Origin: an archaeon | Lineage (GTDB): Archaea; Aenigmatarchaeota; Aenigmatarchaeia; QMZP01; JAFGSV01 | Reading direction: 5' to 3' | Assembly: GCA_028279705.1 (NCBI GenBank) | Contig: JANQNF010000024.1 | Location: 48,257-112,256, forward strand | Length of the DNA: 64,000 bases | Part shown: positions 36,460 through 44,859 of the stretch, in pieces | How the letters are laid out: every line of letters starts with the position of its first letter | How positions within the stretch are numbered: the stretch's first letter is position 1 | Program-made: the position numbers and the translations under genes | The notes under the pieces: generated by a model | What the model was told of the DNA's origin: nothing | Database searches by the model: none | What the model saw: the letters and a program-made list of their open reading frames with translations, nothing else

Positions 36460-37923
36460 ATGGATAAGAGTGACATTTTTCAGGACCCTGATCTTGATCA
36501 GGTCTTCATGACTGACGAGAATGTGCTTTCAGACATCATAGAACTCTGTGACCTGAAGAAGAGCGAGACCGTCCTTGAGATAGGTTCTGGTCCCGGTAAC
36601 CTGACAGAAGCTCTCGCAGCGAAGTGCAAGAAGGTCGTGACAATAGAGATCGACGAGCGGAGAAAGGACGAACTGGAAAAGAAGTTCTCGGGAAAGAACG
36701 TCCAGATCGTCTGGGGAAACGCGCTGGAAATTCTTGAGAAGAAGAGCGTGCGCTTTGACAGGATCGTCGCAAACCCACCTTACGCAATAAGCGAGGCGCT
36801 CATAAAGGCACTTTTCAGGCACGATTTTATATCATCCATACTCACGCTTCCTTCGAAGTTCGTCGAGAGGCTTGCTGCGAATCCGGAGGAAGACCGTTAT
36901 TCAAGGCTTTCGCTTTTTTCCCAGGCTTTCTTCAAGATCGAGACTCTTCTTCGCGTGGAAAAGAGCGCGTGGACGCCGAGTCCTGATACATCAAGCTTCG
37001 TTGTCAAGCTGACGCCCAGAAAACCTGCGGATTCAAGAGAGCTCTTACTTAGAGAGATGTCGCTGCAGGACGACAAGAAGCTGAAAAACGCGCTGAGGGA
37101 TGCGATGTCCAAAAGTGACGGCAAGACGAAGCGCAGCGCCATGGAAGTTATCAGAAACGCCGGTGTGCCAAAAAAACTTCTGGACAAGAAGATAAGCGAG
37201 ATTGGGCTCCGGGACATAATGGAAGTTGCTGCCAAATTCGGAGGAAAGAAATACAAGCTTGTTGCCTTCGACCTTGACGGTACGCTGATCGACGAGAAAG
37301 AATGCATATGGAAGATCATACACGACCATGTCGGAACCGACCCGAAGATACGAGAAGATCTCATGGAAAAATTCTTCAGCGGGAAGATAACCTATGCAGA
37401 CTGGGCTTACCACGACATCGAGAGATGGAAGGAAATGGGGGTTACGATGGACACTCTTGCCAAAAAGGTAAAAGAGTTCAGACTGATGCCCGGCGCCATG
37501 GAGACTTTGAAAACGCTGAAGAAGAAAGGATACAAACTCGCATTGATATCCGGAAGCATAGGCATAGTGCTTGACACATTCATACCCGATGCTCACAGGA
37601 TATTCGACCACGTCGTCATAAACAGGCTGACGTTTGAGGACGACGGAAAGATAACCGGAATAGACGTTCCAGAAGACTACAAAGAAAAGGAGAGCAAGGC
37701 CAGGTCACTTGAAAGGATAGCGTCACTTGAGGGTGTTAGTCCTGAGGAGTGTGTCTTCGTCGGGGACTCAGACAACGACTTCGATGTCATGAAAGTCTCC
37801 GGACTTTCGATAGGATTCATGCCGACCAAAAAGATATCATCGGTCAGCGATGTCATCATAAAAAAGAAAGACGTACGCGAGATAATGAAATACCTGAATG
37901 ATGGTCAACACAATCCCTTGTAA
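36460..37923 (+). CDS. KsgA/Dim1-type rRNA adenine dimethyltransferase fused to a SerB-like HAD phosphatase domain
   Basis: N-terminal VLEIGSGPGNLT and IVANPPY (KsgA). C-terminal FDLDGTL...GDSDNDFDVMKVSGL (HAD motifs I and IV). A single 487-aa ORF. Confidence 0.6.
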   Translation: MDKSDIFQDPDLDQVFMTDENVLSDIIELCDLKKSETVLEIGSGPGNLTEALAAKCKKVVTIEIDERRKDELEKKFSGKNVQIVWGNALEILEKKSVRFDRIVANPPYAISEALIKALFRHDFISSILTLPSKFVERLAANPEEDRYSRLSLFSQAFFKIETLLRVEKSAWTPSPDTSSFVVKLTPRKPADSRELLLREMSLQDDKKLKNALRDAMSKSDGKTKRSAMEVIRNAGVPKKLLDKKISEIGLRDIMEVAAKFGGKKYKLVAFDLDGTLIDEKECIWKIIHDHVGTDPKIREDLMEKFFSGKITYADWAYHDIERWKEMGVTMDTLAKKVKEFRLMPGAMETLKTLKKKGYKLALISGSIGIVLDTFIPDAHRIFDHVVINRLTFEDDGKITGIDVPEDYKEKESKARSLERIASLEGVSPEECVFVGDSDNDFDVMKVSGLSIGFMPTKKISSVSDVIIKKKDVREIMKYLNDGQHNPL

Positions 37924-38216
37924 CCGCCGGGTGTACTTAGTCCCTTGTAGCCACCGGGTGTACTTATTTCTGCTACCTGTATGTATTTTTCATTTTCCCC
38001 CACAGCAATCCTAACTTTTTCGCTTATGTCAATCACACTTTCAAACGAATCCAGTTCGCCAAATTTGCAGCTTGAGAATCTTATTTTCATACTGCCATTT
38101 TTCTCCCACAGTACTTTTTCGCTCTCGGCATAGGCTCCGCATAAACTTAGTATTTTGCCCACCGGAATCTCCCCTCCATTCGGGACTGAATTCAATGTGC
38201 AGTATACGAAAGCCAT
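37905..38216 (-). CDS. gamma-glutamyl cyclotransferase/AIG2-like protein with C-terminal STPGGYKGL x2 repeat
   Basis: N-terminus AFVYCTLNS resembles the GGCT VFVYGTL motif. 19-nt convergent overlap with the previous gene. Confidence 0.4.
   Translation of the reverse strand: MAFVYCTLNSVPNGGEIPVGKILSLCGAYAESEKVLWEKNGSMKIRFSSCKFGELDSFESVIDISEKVRIAVGENEKYIQVAEISTPGGYKGLSTPGGYKGLC
37914..37967. repeat. 27-nt tandem repeat (2 units, 3 mismatches)
   Basis: tcccttgtaaccgccgggtgtacttag and tcccttgtagccaccgggtgtacttat. Confidence 0.8.
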
Positions 38217-38249
38217 GTTATTAAACGAGCAGAAAATAATAAAAAACCA

Positions 38250-39404
38250 TCAAGACGATGCGAATCTCATGATCCTTTCAAGACCCTTTCTTATGGTCTC
38301 TTCGGAACAGGCATAAGACATCCTGATGTGTCCGTCACAGCCGAAAGCCACGCCCGGCACCACGGCTACTTTTTCCTTATCGAGGAGTTTTTTGGAAAAT
38401 TCCATCGAATTCTTGCTGACGCCTGAAATGCCTGGGAAAACGTAAAACGAGCCTCCCGGCACCTGGCAGCTTATTCCGGGAATTTCATTTAGGCCTTTTA
38501 CCATAATGTCCCTTCTCTTCCTGAATTCTGACACCATCATCTTCACAGCGTCCTGGCTGCCCTGCAGGGCTTCCATGTACGCAACCTGTGCAATCGACGT
38601 CGGATTGGATGTCGTGTGGGACTGCAGCTTTACCATGGCCTTTATGACATCTCTTGGACCTGCTGCCCATCCTATCCTCCAGCCCGTCATGGCATACGTT
38701 TTGGCAGCACCGTTTGCTATTATCACCCGTTCTTTCATCCCACCAAGCGACGCGATAGAAAACGGCTTTTCTTCGTATGATAGGTGCTCGTATATCTCGT
38801 CCGATATGACATAGATACCATTCTTGGTCGCAATGTCTGCGATCTTCATGAGCTCTTCCTTTTCGTATACAGCGCCCGTGGGATTGTTCGGGGAATTGAT
38901 CACTATGGCCCTCGTCTTTGATGTCACGCACTCTTCAATCGACGATGCTTTCAGCTTGAACCCTTCTTCTTTACTGGTTTCGACTATCACGGGTTTTCCT
39001 CCGGCAAGTTTGACCTGCTCAGGGTACGAGACCCAGTATGGGCTTGGGATTATTATCTCATCGCCGGTATTGCATAAAGCCATCATTACATTGTGGAGTA
39101 CATGCTTTCCCCCGCAGCTGACTATGATTTCCCCGGGTCCGTAATCAAGGCCGTTTTCCCTTTTCAGCTTCTCTGACACTGCTTTTCTCAGCTCGGGCGT
39201 ACCGGCCGGTGCCGTGTACTTTGTAAAGCCTGAATTGATCGCACCTATTGCAGCCTTCTTTATGTTATCAGGAGTGTCGAAATCCGGTTCCCCTGCGGTG
39301 AAATTCACAACGTCAGCGCCGGCCAGTTTCAGCTCCTTTGCCTTGGTGTTGAGTGAAAGCGTCGGCGATTCTGAAATGTCCATTATTCTCGATGATACTG
39401 ACAT
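38250..39404 (-). CDS. class I/II PLP-dependent aminotransferase (aspartate aminotransferase-like)
   Basis: Fold-type I aminotransferase blocks (SPNNPTG, the K-containing SKTYAMTGWRIGW region), 384 aa. Confidence 0.8.
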   Translation of the reverse strand: MSVSSRIMDISESPTLSLNTKAKELKLAGADVVNFTAGEPDFDTPDNIKKAAIGAINSGFTKYTAPAGTPELRKAVSEKLKRENGLDYGPGEIIVSCGGKHVLHNVMMALCNTGDEIIIPSPYWVSYPEQVKLAGGKPVIVETSKEEGFKLKASSIEECVTSKTRAIVINSPNNPTGAVYEKEELMKIADIATKNGIYVISDEIYEHLSYEEKPFSIASLGGMKERVIIANGAAKTYAMTGWRIGWAAGPRDVIKAMVKLQSHTTSNPTSIAQVAYMEALQGSQDAVKMMVSEFRKRRDIMVKGLNEIPGISCQVPGGSFYVFPGISGVSKNSMEFSKKLLDKEKVAVVPGVAFGCDGHIRMSYACSEETIRKGLERIMRFASS

Positions 39405-39435
39405 GACCTAGATATAGAACGATTTCTTAAATTGG

Positions 39436-40221
39436 TTACTTCTTCTTCGACTTTTCCTTCTTGGAAACTCCGTCCTTTACGGCCTTGGCTTCCTTGCTGT
39501 CTGATTTGATCTTCTTGCCGCAACTCCAGCAGAACTTGTCACCAACCTTGTTTGGAGCGTTACATTTTGGACATATGACAATCTTTGCCACCCTCTGGTT
39601 TTCCACCATCTCTATCGTTCCCGGATCCAGCTTTATGTGGGTACCTCCCTCGTCCTCGTTTGGAGTCTTCCTCCTCAGCTTGTTTCCGCACGTGAAGCAG
39701 AAGAAATTACGCTCTTCATTAGCTGCCCCGCATTTTGGGCACACGAACTCTATGATGTCAGCTTCTGTTGGAACGATCCTGCCGCCCTTTATGTCATCCA
39801 TCTCGATCTGCAAAATGTCTTCCTGGGTCAGCGCTATTTCATCGGGTGCAGGCGCCTTCCTGAATGACTGAAACAGTCCCGAGAATCTGGATCCCGTCCC
39901 CGGCTCTGTGGGATGTTGCGGTATATCCCCCTCCGGGGGTAACTCCTCAGGCTGCCATTCAGCTTCCTCTTCGTCATGCCCTGTAACTTCAGGTTCAGCC
40001 GGCTGCGGTCCAGGTTCACTCTCCGCAGCTCCATTGAAGTCGAGCTGGCCAGTCATCCGCATCTTCCTTCCGTGTGCAGCGCCGATTGCAGCTATTGCAA
40101 GCCCTACTAGCATTACCACAAAGCTTGCGGGACCGGGACTTGAAATGAGCGTGAATATGCCGATAAAGATTATTATGAGACCGGTAGCATATAACCAGAC
40201 GACCTGCATGTATTTGTTCAT
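39436..40221 (-). CDS. membrane protein with two C-terminal zinc ribbons
   Basis: Two N-terminal TM helices, acidic linker, CPKCGAANEERNFFCFTCG and CPKCNAPNKVGDKFCWSCG. Confidence 0.5.
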   Translation of the reverse strand: MNKYMQVVWLYATGLIIIFIGIFTLISSPGPASFVVMLVGLAIAAIGAAHGRKMRMTGQLDFNGAAESEPGPQPAEPEVTGHDEEEAEWQPEELPPEGDIPQHPTEPGTGSRFSGLFQSFRKAPAPDEIALTQEDILQIEMDDIKGGRIVPTEADIIEFVCPKCGAANEERNFFCFTCGNKLRRKTPNEDEGGTHIKLDPGTIEMVENQRVAKIVICPKCNAPNKVGDKFCWSCGKKIKSDSKEAKAVKDGVSKKEKSKKK

Positions 40222-40319
40222 TATAAGTTATTGTTCAATGCTAATAAAATAATTAATTCGCTTTTTGTCTAATCCGAACGGCCACTATTTTTATAGGTTG
40301 TTTTTCAATATCTGTACTC

Positions 40320-40634
40320 ATGAAGGAACTTGACCACATAAGAAAGGTCGAAAATGAGATTTCTGTCAAGGTGGAAAGGGCACGCAATGAGTCTGAAAAA
40401 AAGCTTGCGAAAATGAGACGTGACCGAAGCATGCTAATCGAGGAAAAGGTAAACGTCGTAAGAACTGAACTGGAAAAGGAGAAAGAAAAGTGCAGGCATG
40501 ATTCTGAAAAGGAGGCTTCCCTCATGCTTGACGGTGCGGAAAGGGAAGTTTCTGAAATAGAGAAAGCTGCCAAGAAGAACTTCGATTCCGCAGTAAAAAC
40601 GGTCTTGGGGTTTTTGTCTTATGACAAATCTTGA
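40320..40634 (+). CDS. atpH: A-type ATP synthase subunit H (probable)
   Basis: Small charged coiled-coil protein at the head of the ATPase operon. Confidence 0.5.
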   Translation: MKELDHIRKVENEISVKVERARNESEKKLAKMRRDRSMLIEEKVNVVRTELEKEKEKCRHDSEKEASLMLDGAEREVSEIEKAAKKNFDSAVKTVLGFLSYDKS

Positions 40635-41607
40635 ATATTCAAATGCCAGGATAAAGGGCTTGAAGAGCTTTCTCATAAGCGAAAATGACATGAAGATAGC
40701 CCTTGAGATGAAATCCGTCCGTGATTTTTCCTCATGGCTTGAGAGCTCCTCTTACAAGTCATCGGTTGACGGGAAAAGTCTTCTGGACATAGAAAACGGA
40801 CTTTTCCTGGACCTTCTTAAAACTTCTGAAAAAATACTAAGGATAGTTCCCGAGAACACAGTATCGTTCTTTTCTGCAAGGCTTTCTTATTTTGAAATAG
40901 AAAGCCTGAAGCTTCTTTTCAATTTGAAGTCCAGCGGAATCAGTAACGAGAACCGTACGGCCTTTCTTACTGGAAAACTGAAAAAACTTGCAAATGCCCT
41001 TTCTTCTGCTGACAGTGCTGAAGAAATATCTGAAATCCTGAAAAAGACTAAGTACGGCGATGTGATTTCCGGCTGCCTTGAGCGGAAAGAAGACGTCTGT
41101 TCAGGCCTTGACCGGTACTATTTTGAGAGGCTCTGGGAAGAGGTTGGAAAGCTTCCGAGGGGATACAGGCCACTTGTCAGGGAGATTATCGGAACGGAGA
41201 TAGACTGTGCAAACATAATGCTTGCCCTCAGGGCAAAAGCCAGAGGTGAGGATAAGTGCCCGGTGATACCGATATTTCACAACCTCAAGAACAATTTTGG
41301 CACTTCCTGCGACAGCGCAGACGGCGTCAGGGGAGTCATCTCACTCATTTCGGAAAGTGCCTATGTTAGAATCCTTGATGATGCGATCCGTTCCTATTCC
41401 GACGGCAAGTCACTTTTCATGTTTGAACAATTGCTCAGAAGGCGCGTTGCAAATGCCTACAAGAAAGCAGCATCCGATACCCTTTCTATTGGTGTTCCTC
41501 TCGCCTATGTCAAGATGAAGGAAAACGAGATAACGAATCTCAGGTCAGTTTCCATGGGCCTTTCAAGCGGCATGTCAAAGCCTGAGATAGAGGAGATGAT
41601 ACTGTGA
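40621..41607 (+). CDS. atpC: A-type ATP synthase subunit C (V-type d)
   Basis: N-terminal YSNARIKGLKSFL motif and length of about 330 aa, inside the operon. Confidence 0.6.
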   Translation: MTNLEYSNARIKGLKSFLISENDMKIALEMKSVRDFSSWLESSSYKSSVDGKSLLDIENGLFLDLLKTSEKILRIVPENTVSFFSARLSYFEIESLKLLFNLKSSGISNENRTAFLTGKLKKLANALSSADSAEEISEILKKTKYGDVISGCLERKEDVCSGLDRYYFERLWEEVGKLPRGYRPLVREIIGTEIDCANIMLALRAKARGEDKCPVIPIFHNLKNNFGTSCDSADGVRGVISLISESAYVRILDDAIRSYSDGKSLFMFEQLLRRRVANAYKKAASDTLSIGVPLAYVKMKENEITNLRSVSMGLSSGMSKPEIEEMIL

Positions 41608-43607
41608 CGTGGTATCCAGACGATATGATGCGGGTAGACATACTCGTTCCTGACACGAGGAAGGAAAAGGTGGTCAGGGACCTTGAGGATAGCGGCCTCA
41701 TGGAACTCATAGAAGCAGACGCTCCTGGTGTAGAAAAGAGCGGTATATCGGACAGCTATCCGCGCGTATCAGAATTCATAAACATGATCGAAGACACGCT
41801 TGAAGCGTTTCCCGCTCCGGTGAAAAAGGACAACATAGGTTCTAAGGAGAAGGTTTCCGTACGAGACGACGGTACTGAAAGACTCCTCTTGGATGCGGAG
41901 AAGATGAGACCTATTTTGGAAAATGTCAGGTCGATCAGGGACGAACTGAAGTCGTGTTCTGACAGGAAAGAAAAACTTTCCGCTATCGGCAAGATAGTAT
42001 CGCTTCTTGGATCGCTTGATGTTGACCCGTCGAGTGTTTCCGGCCACGACCTTGTGTCAGTCTTTCTTGGAAACATTCCTGCAAAGGACGTCTTGAAGGT
42101 AAAGGAAGAACTCTCAAATAAATCCAGGAAAAGTTTTGTGAAGGCCGGGAAAGCATCCGGCGGAAGTTCCCTTCTAGTCGCGGTAGTTTCAAACGAACAT
42201 GCTGATGATTCAACAAGGATTCTCAACACAAGCGGCTTTGAGCCGCTGAAGCTTCCAGAGGAAATATCAGGGATGAGCCTGGCTGAAGCGAAATCCTTTG
42301 TTGAAGGTGAAACGGAAAAAGCTACAAAACTTGAAGACAAGCTGAAAAATGAACTACTGAAACTTTCCGAGAAAAGGCACGACCTTCTAGTTCTTCTTGA
42401 ACTGTTGAAGATTGAAAAAAATCTCGACGAGTCTGGTATGAAATTCGGGAAGACGAATCTCACAGGGCTTATCAGCGGCTGGGTTCCTGAAGCGAAGCTG
42501 AAGTCACTCGAGAGTACGGTAAAGCGCTCTTCAAATAATGCGTGCGAGGTTTCAAGCAGGAAGCCGGGGAAGGGCGAGATACCACCAAGCCTCATGCACA
42601 ATCCCGGACCTGCAAGCGGGTTTGAGATGATAACAAAGAATTACGGGCTTCCGGCCTACGACGAGCTTGACCCGACAAAGATAATAACGTTCACTTTCCC
42701 TTTCATTTTCGGCATGATGTTTGGAGATGTCGGGCATGGCATAATGCTCTTTATCGCAGGACTTTTCATGGTAAAGAAGTTCGATGCCGGCATAAGGGAC
42801 TTTGGAAAGACCATTGTCATATGCGGGATTGCGGCGACGTTTTTTGGGTTCCTTTATGGTAGCATGTTCGGCCTCACGATTGAGAATACTTCGTGGATGT
42901 TCCATCCGCTCTGGATGGAGCCACTTGCCCATGGCGGTGCGAACATAACATATTTCATAAAGTTTTCGATAATGCTTGCACTCGTCGTTCTCAGCCTTGG
43001 CTGCATACTGAACATAGTAAACAAGGCAAGACATTCGCTAATCCATGCATTCTTCCATCCGTGGGGAGTTCTTGGGTTGTGGGTGCTCCTTGCGGGCGCA
43101 AACCTGTTTTTCAGGCACGGAATGGATTTCATACCACTCATAATAACAGGGGTACTGGGAAACGCCGAAGCGATGAGTACAATATTTACCGATTTCATGC
43201 TCCTTCTGATCCCCGTCGCCCTCGTTCCCGTCGGGGAGATATTTGTTGACAAAAAGCCCGTTCCTGTCGGACTTTACGCAGCAATGGAGGTCCTGCAATG
43301 TTTCCTCGTAAACACGATATCATACGTGAGGGTCGTTATAATCGCTGTCGTCCATGGCGCGCTTCTTCTCATGGTAATGAAAGTGATGGAAGTTGTGACA
43401 TCTGGCATGAGCGGGCCTGTCGGTTCCGTTGTGTCAGTACTGATATTCATAATCGGAAATGTCGGCGTCTTCGGCATGGAAGCAATGATATCTATGGTGC
43501 AGACCGTAAGACTCCATTATTACGAGCTTTTCTCCAAGTTCTACAGCGCTTCTGGCAGGCGGTTCTCTCCTTTCAAAACAGAACGAAATTACACGGTCAG
43601 AAAGTGA
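41604..43607 (+). CDS. atpI: A-type ATP synthase subunit I (membrane a-subunit)
   Basis: Soluble coiled-coil N-terminal half, polytopic C-terminal half, 667 aa. Confidence 0.75.
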   Translation: MTWYPDDMMRVDILVPDTRKEKVVRDLEDSGLMELIEADAPGVEKSGISDSYPRVSEFINMIEDTLEAFPAPVKKDNIGSKEKVSVRDDGTERLLLDAEKMRPILENVRSIRDELKSCSDRKEKLSAIGKIVSLLGSLDVDPSSVSGHDLVSVFLGNIPAKDVLKVKEELSNKSRKSFVKAGKASGGSSLLVAVVSNEHADDSTRILNTSGFEPLKLPEEISGMSLAEAKSFVEGETEKATKLEDKLKNELLKLSEKRHDLLVLLELLKIEKNLDESGMKFGKTNLTGLISGWVPEAKLKSLESTVKRSSNNACEVSSRKPGKGEIPPSLMHNPGPASGFEMITKNYGLPAYDELDPTKIITFTFPFIFGMMFGDVGHGIMLFIAGLFMVKKFDAGIRDFGKTIVICGIAATFFGFLYGSMFGLTIENTSWMFHPLWMEPLAHGGANITYFIKFSIMLALVVLSLGCILNIVNKARHSLIHAFFHPWGVLGLWVLLAGANLFFRHGMDFIPLIITGVLGNAEAMSTIFTDFMLLLIPVALVPVGEIFVDKKPVPVGLYAAMEVLQCFLVNTISYVRVVIIAVVHGALLLMVMKVMEVVTSGMSGPVGSVVSVLIFIIGNVGVFGMEAMISMVQTVRLHYYELFSKFYSASGRRFSPFKTERNYTVRK

Positions 43608-43675
43608 GATATGGGACAAACATGTGGGACCTATTTAATATTTAAAGGTAAGGAACCATATGAACGTTATATAGT

Positions 43676-43999
43676 GTGATAATAATGAGAGGGAAATTGT
43701 TAACAATTGTGAGCGCATTCATTGTCGTGCTTGCCCTTTCTTCTGGTGCGAACGCACAGAAAGAAGCACACGCAGCTACTGCGTCTGACAGCGGGATTAT
43801 TGCAATCTCTGCTGCAATCGCAATAGGAATGTGCGCTCTTGGCGCCGGATACGGTATTGCAAAGGCAGGTTCTGCCGCAATGGGCGCCATAGCAGAGAAA
43901 CCTGAGTCTGCAACATGGGGACTCATAATCGTTGCTCTGGCAGAAGGTGTTGCGCTATACGGCCTTATAATAGCATTCCTTCTGGTGACCAAGCTGTAA
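43676..43999 (+). CDS. atpK: A-type ATP synthase proteolipid subunit K (c)
   Basis: Glycine-rich helical hairpin and a conserved acidic residue in helix 2 (ALAEGVALYGLI). Confidence 0.75.
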   Translation: MIIMRGKLLTIVSAFIVVLALSSGANAQKEAHAATASDSGIIAISAAIAIGMCALGAGYGIAKAGSAAMGAIAEKPESATWGLIIVALAEGVALYGLIIAFLLVTKL

Positions 44000-44047
44000 A
44001 ACCTATTTTTAGCTTTTCTTGTCTTCATCAGATGCCTTAAGATAGTT

Positions 44048-44587
44048 ATGGGGATTGGCGAAATAATACGGGAATTGAAGGAAACCGGAAACAAGCAGGC
44101 AGAACAAGTCAGATCTGAGGAAAAGGCAGAGACCGACAAGCTGAAAAAGGAAATCGAGCGCGACGCATCTTCTGAAATTGTAAAAGTCAAAGAAAAATAC
44201 CGAAGGGAAATCGACCTTGAGAAGAAAAGGATACATGCAAAAGCCACTCTGCAGATAAAGGAACAGGTTGAGCAGAAGAGAAGCGAGGTCATAGACAGGG
44301 TATTTCTCGAAGCAGAAAAGAGGGTCCTTTCCATGAACGAAACCGGAAAGAAAAAGATACTGGAGTCGCTTTCAAGGGACGGAAAGGCTGGAGTTTCAAA
44401 CCCGACGGTTTTTGTTGACATGAAGTATGCAAAGCTTCTCAAGGGCGCAAAGGCAAAGGGCATAGGTGACTTTGGCGTGATTGTCGAAAGCGGACATGTG
44501 ACTGTTGACAATACGCTTTCTGCAAAGCTTTCCGAATTCAAGTCGGGTTCAAGACATAAGGTTGCTGAGGTGCTATGGCAAAACTAG
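44048..44587 (+). CDS. atpE: A-type ATP synthase subunit E
   Basis: About 180-aa charged coiled coil plus C-terminal globular domain, placed between K and F. Confidence 0.65.
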   Translation: MGIGEIIRELKETGNKQAEQVRSEEKAETDKLKKEIERDASSEIVKVKEKYRREIDLEKKRIHAKATLQIKEQVEQKRSEVIDRVFLEAEKRVLSMNETGKKKILESLSRDGKAGVSNPTVFVDMKYAKLLKGAKAKGIGDFGVIVESGHVTVDNTLSAKLSEFKSGSRHKVAEVLWQN

Positions 44588-44859
44588 CTGTGATCGGGGA
44601 CGACATGACCGTACTCGGGATGAGACTTGCAGGCGTTGAAAGCAGCATTGCCACTGCTGAAAATATCCAGAGCGTGTATGACAAGGTAGCGGAAAGTGCG
44701 GACATGATAGCAGTGACTCATGGTCTTTTCGAATCGCTGAAAAAAAAGGACGAGAAAAAGATAACCGTAAGCATCCCTGACATGACGGGAGGTGGCGGTG
44801 ACATGATAAAGGAAATGGTAAAAAGGGTTGTTGGATTCGAGGTGAAGTCAAATGGGTAA
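44575..44859 (+). CDS. atpF: A-type ATP synthase subunit F
   Basis: MAKLAVIGD...GMRLAGV flavodoxin-like F-subunit signature. Confidence 0.7.
   Translation: MAKLAVIGDDMTVLGMRLAGVESSIATAENIQSVYDKVAESADMIAVTHGLFESLKKKDEKKITVSIPDMTGGGGDMIKEMVKRVVGFEVKSNG

Noticed and set aside
43642-44541. 299-aa ORF antisense to atpK/atpE, and 281-aa ORF 41756-42601 antisense to atpI
   Set aside because: Both lie inside the conserved ATPase operon on the opposite strand, are Ser-rich and low complexity, and are rejected as spurious.
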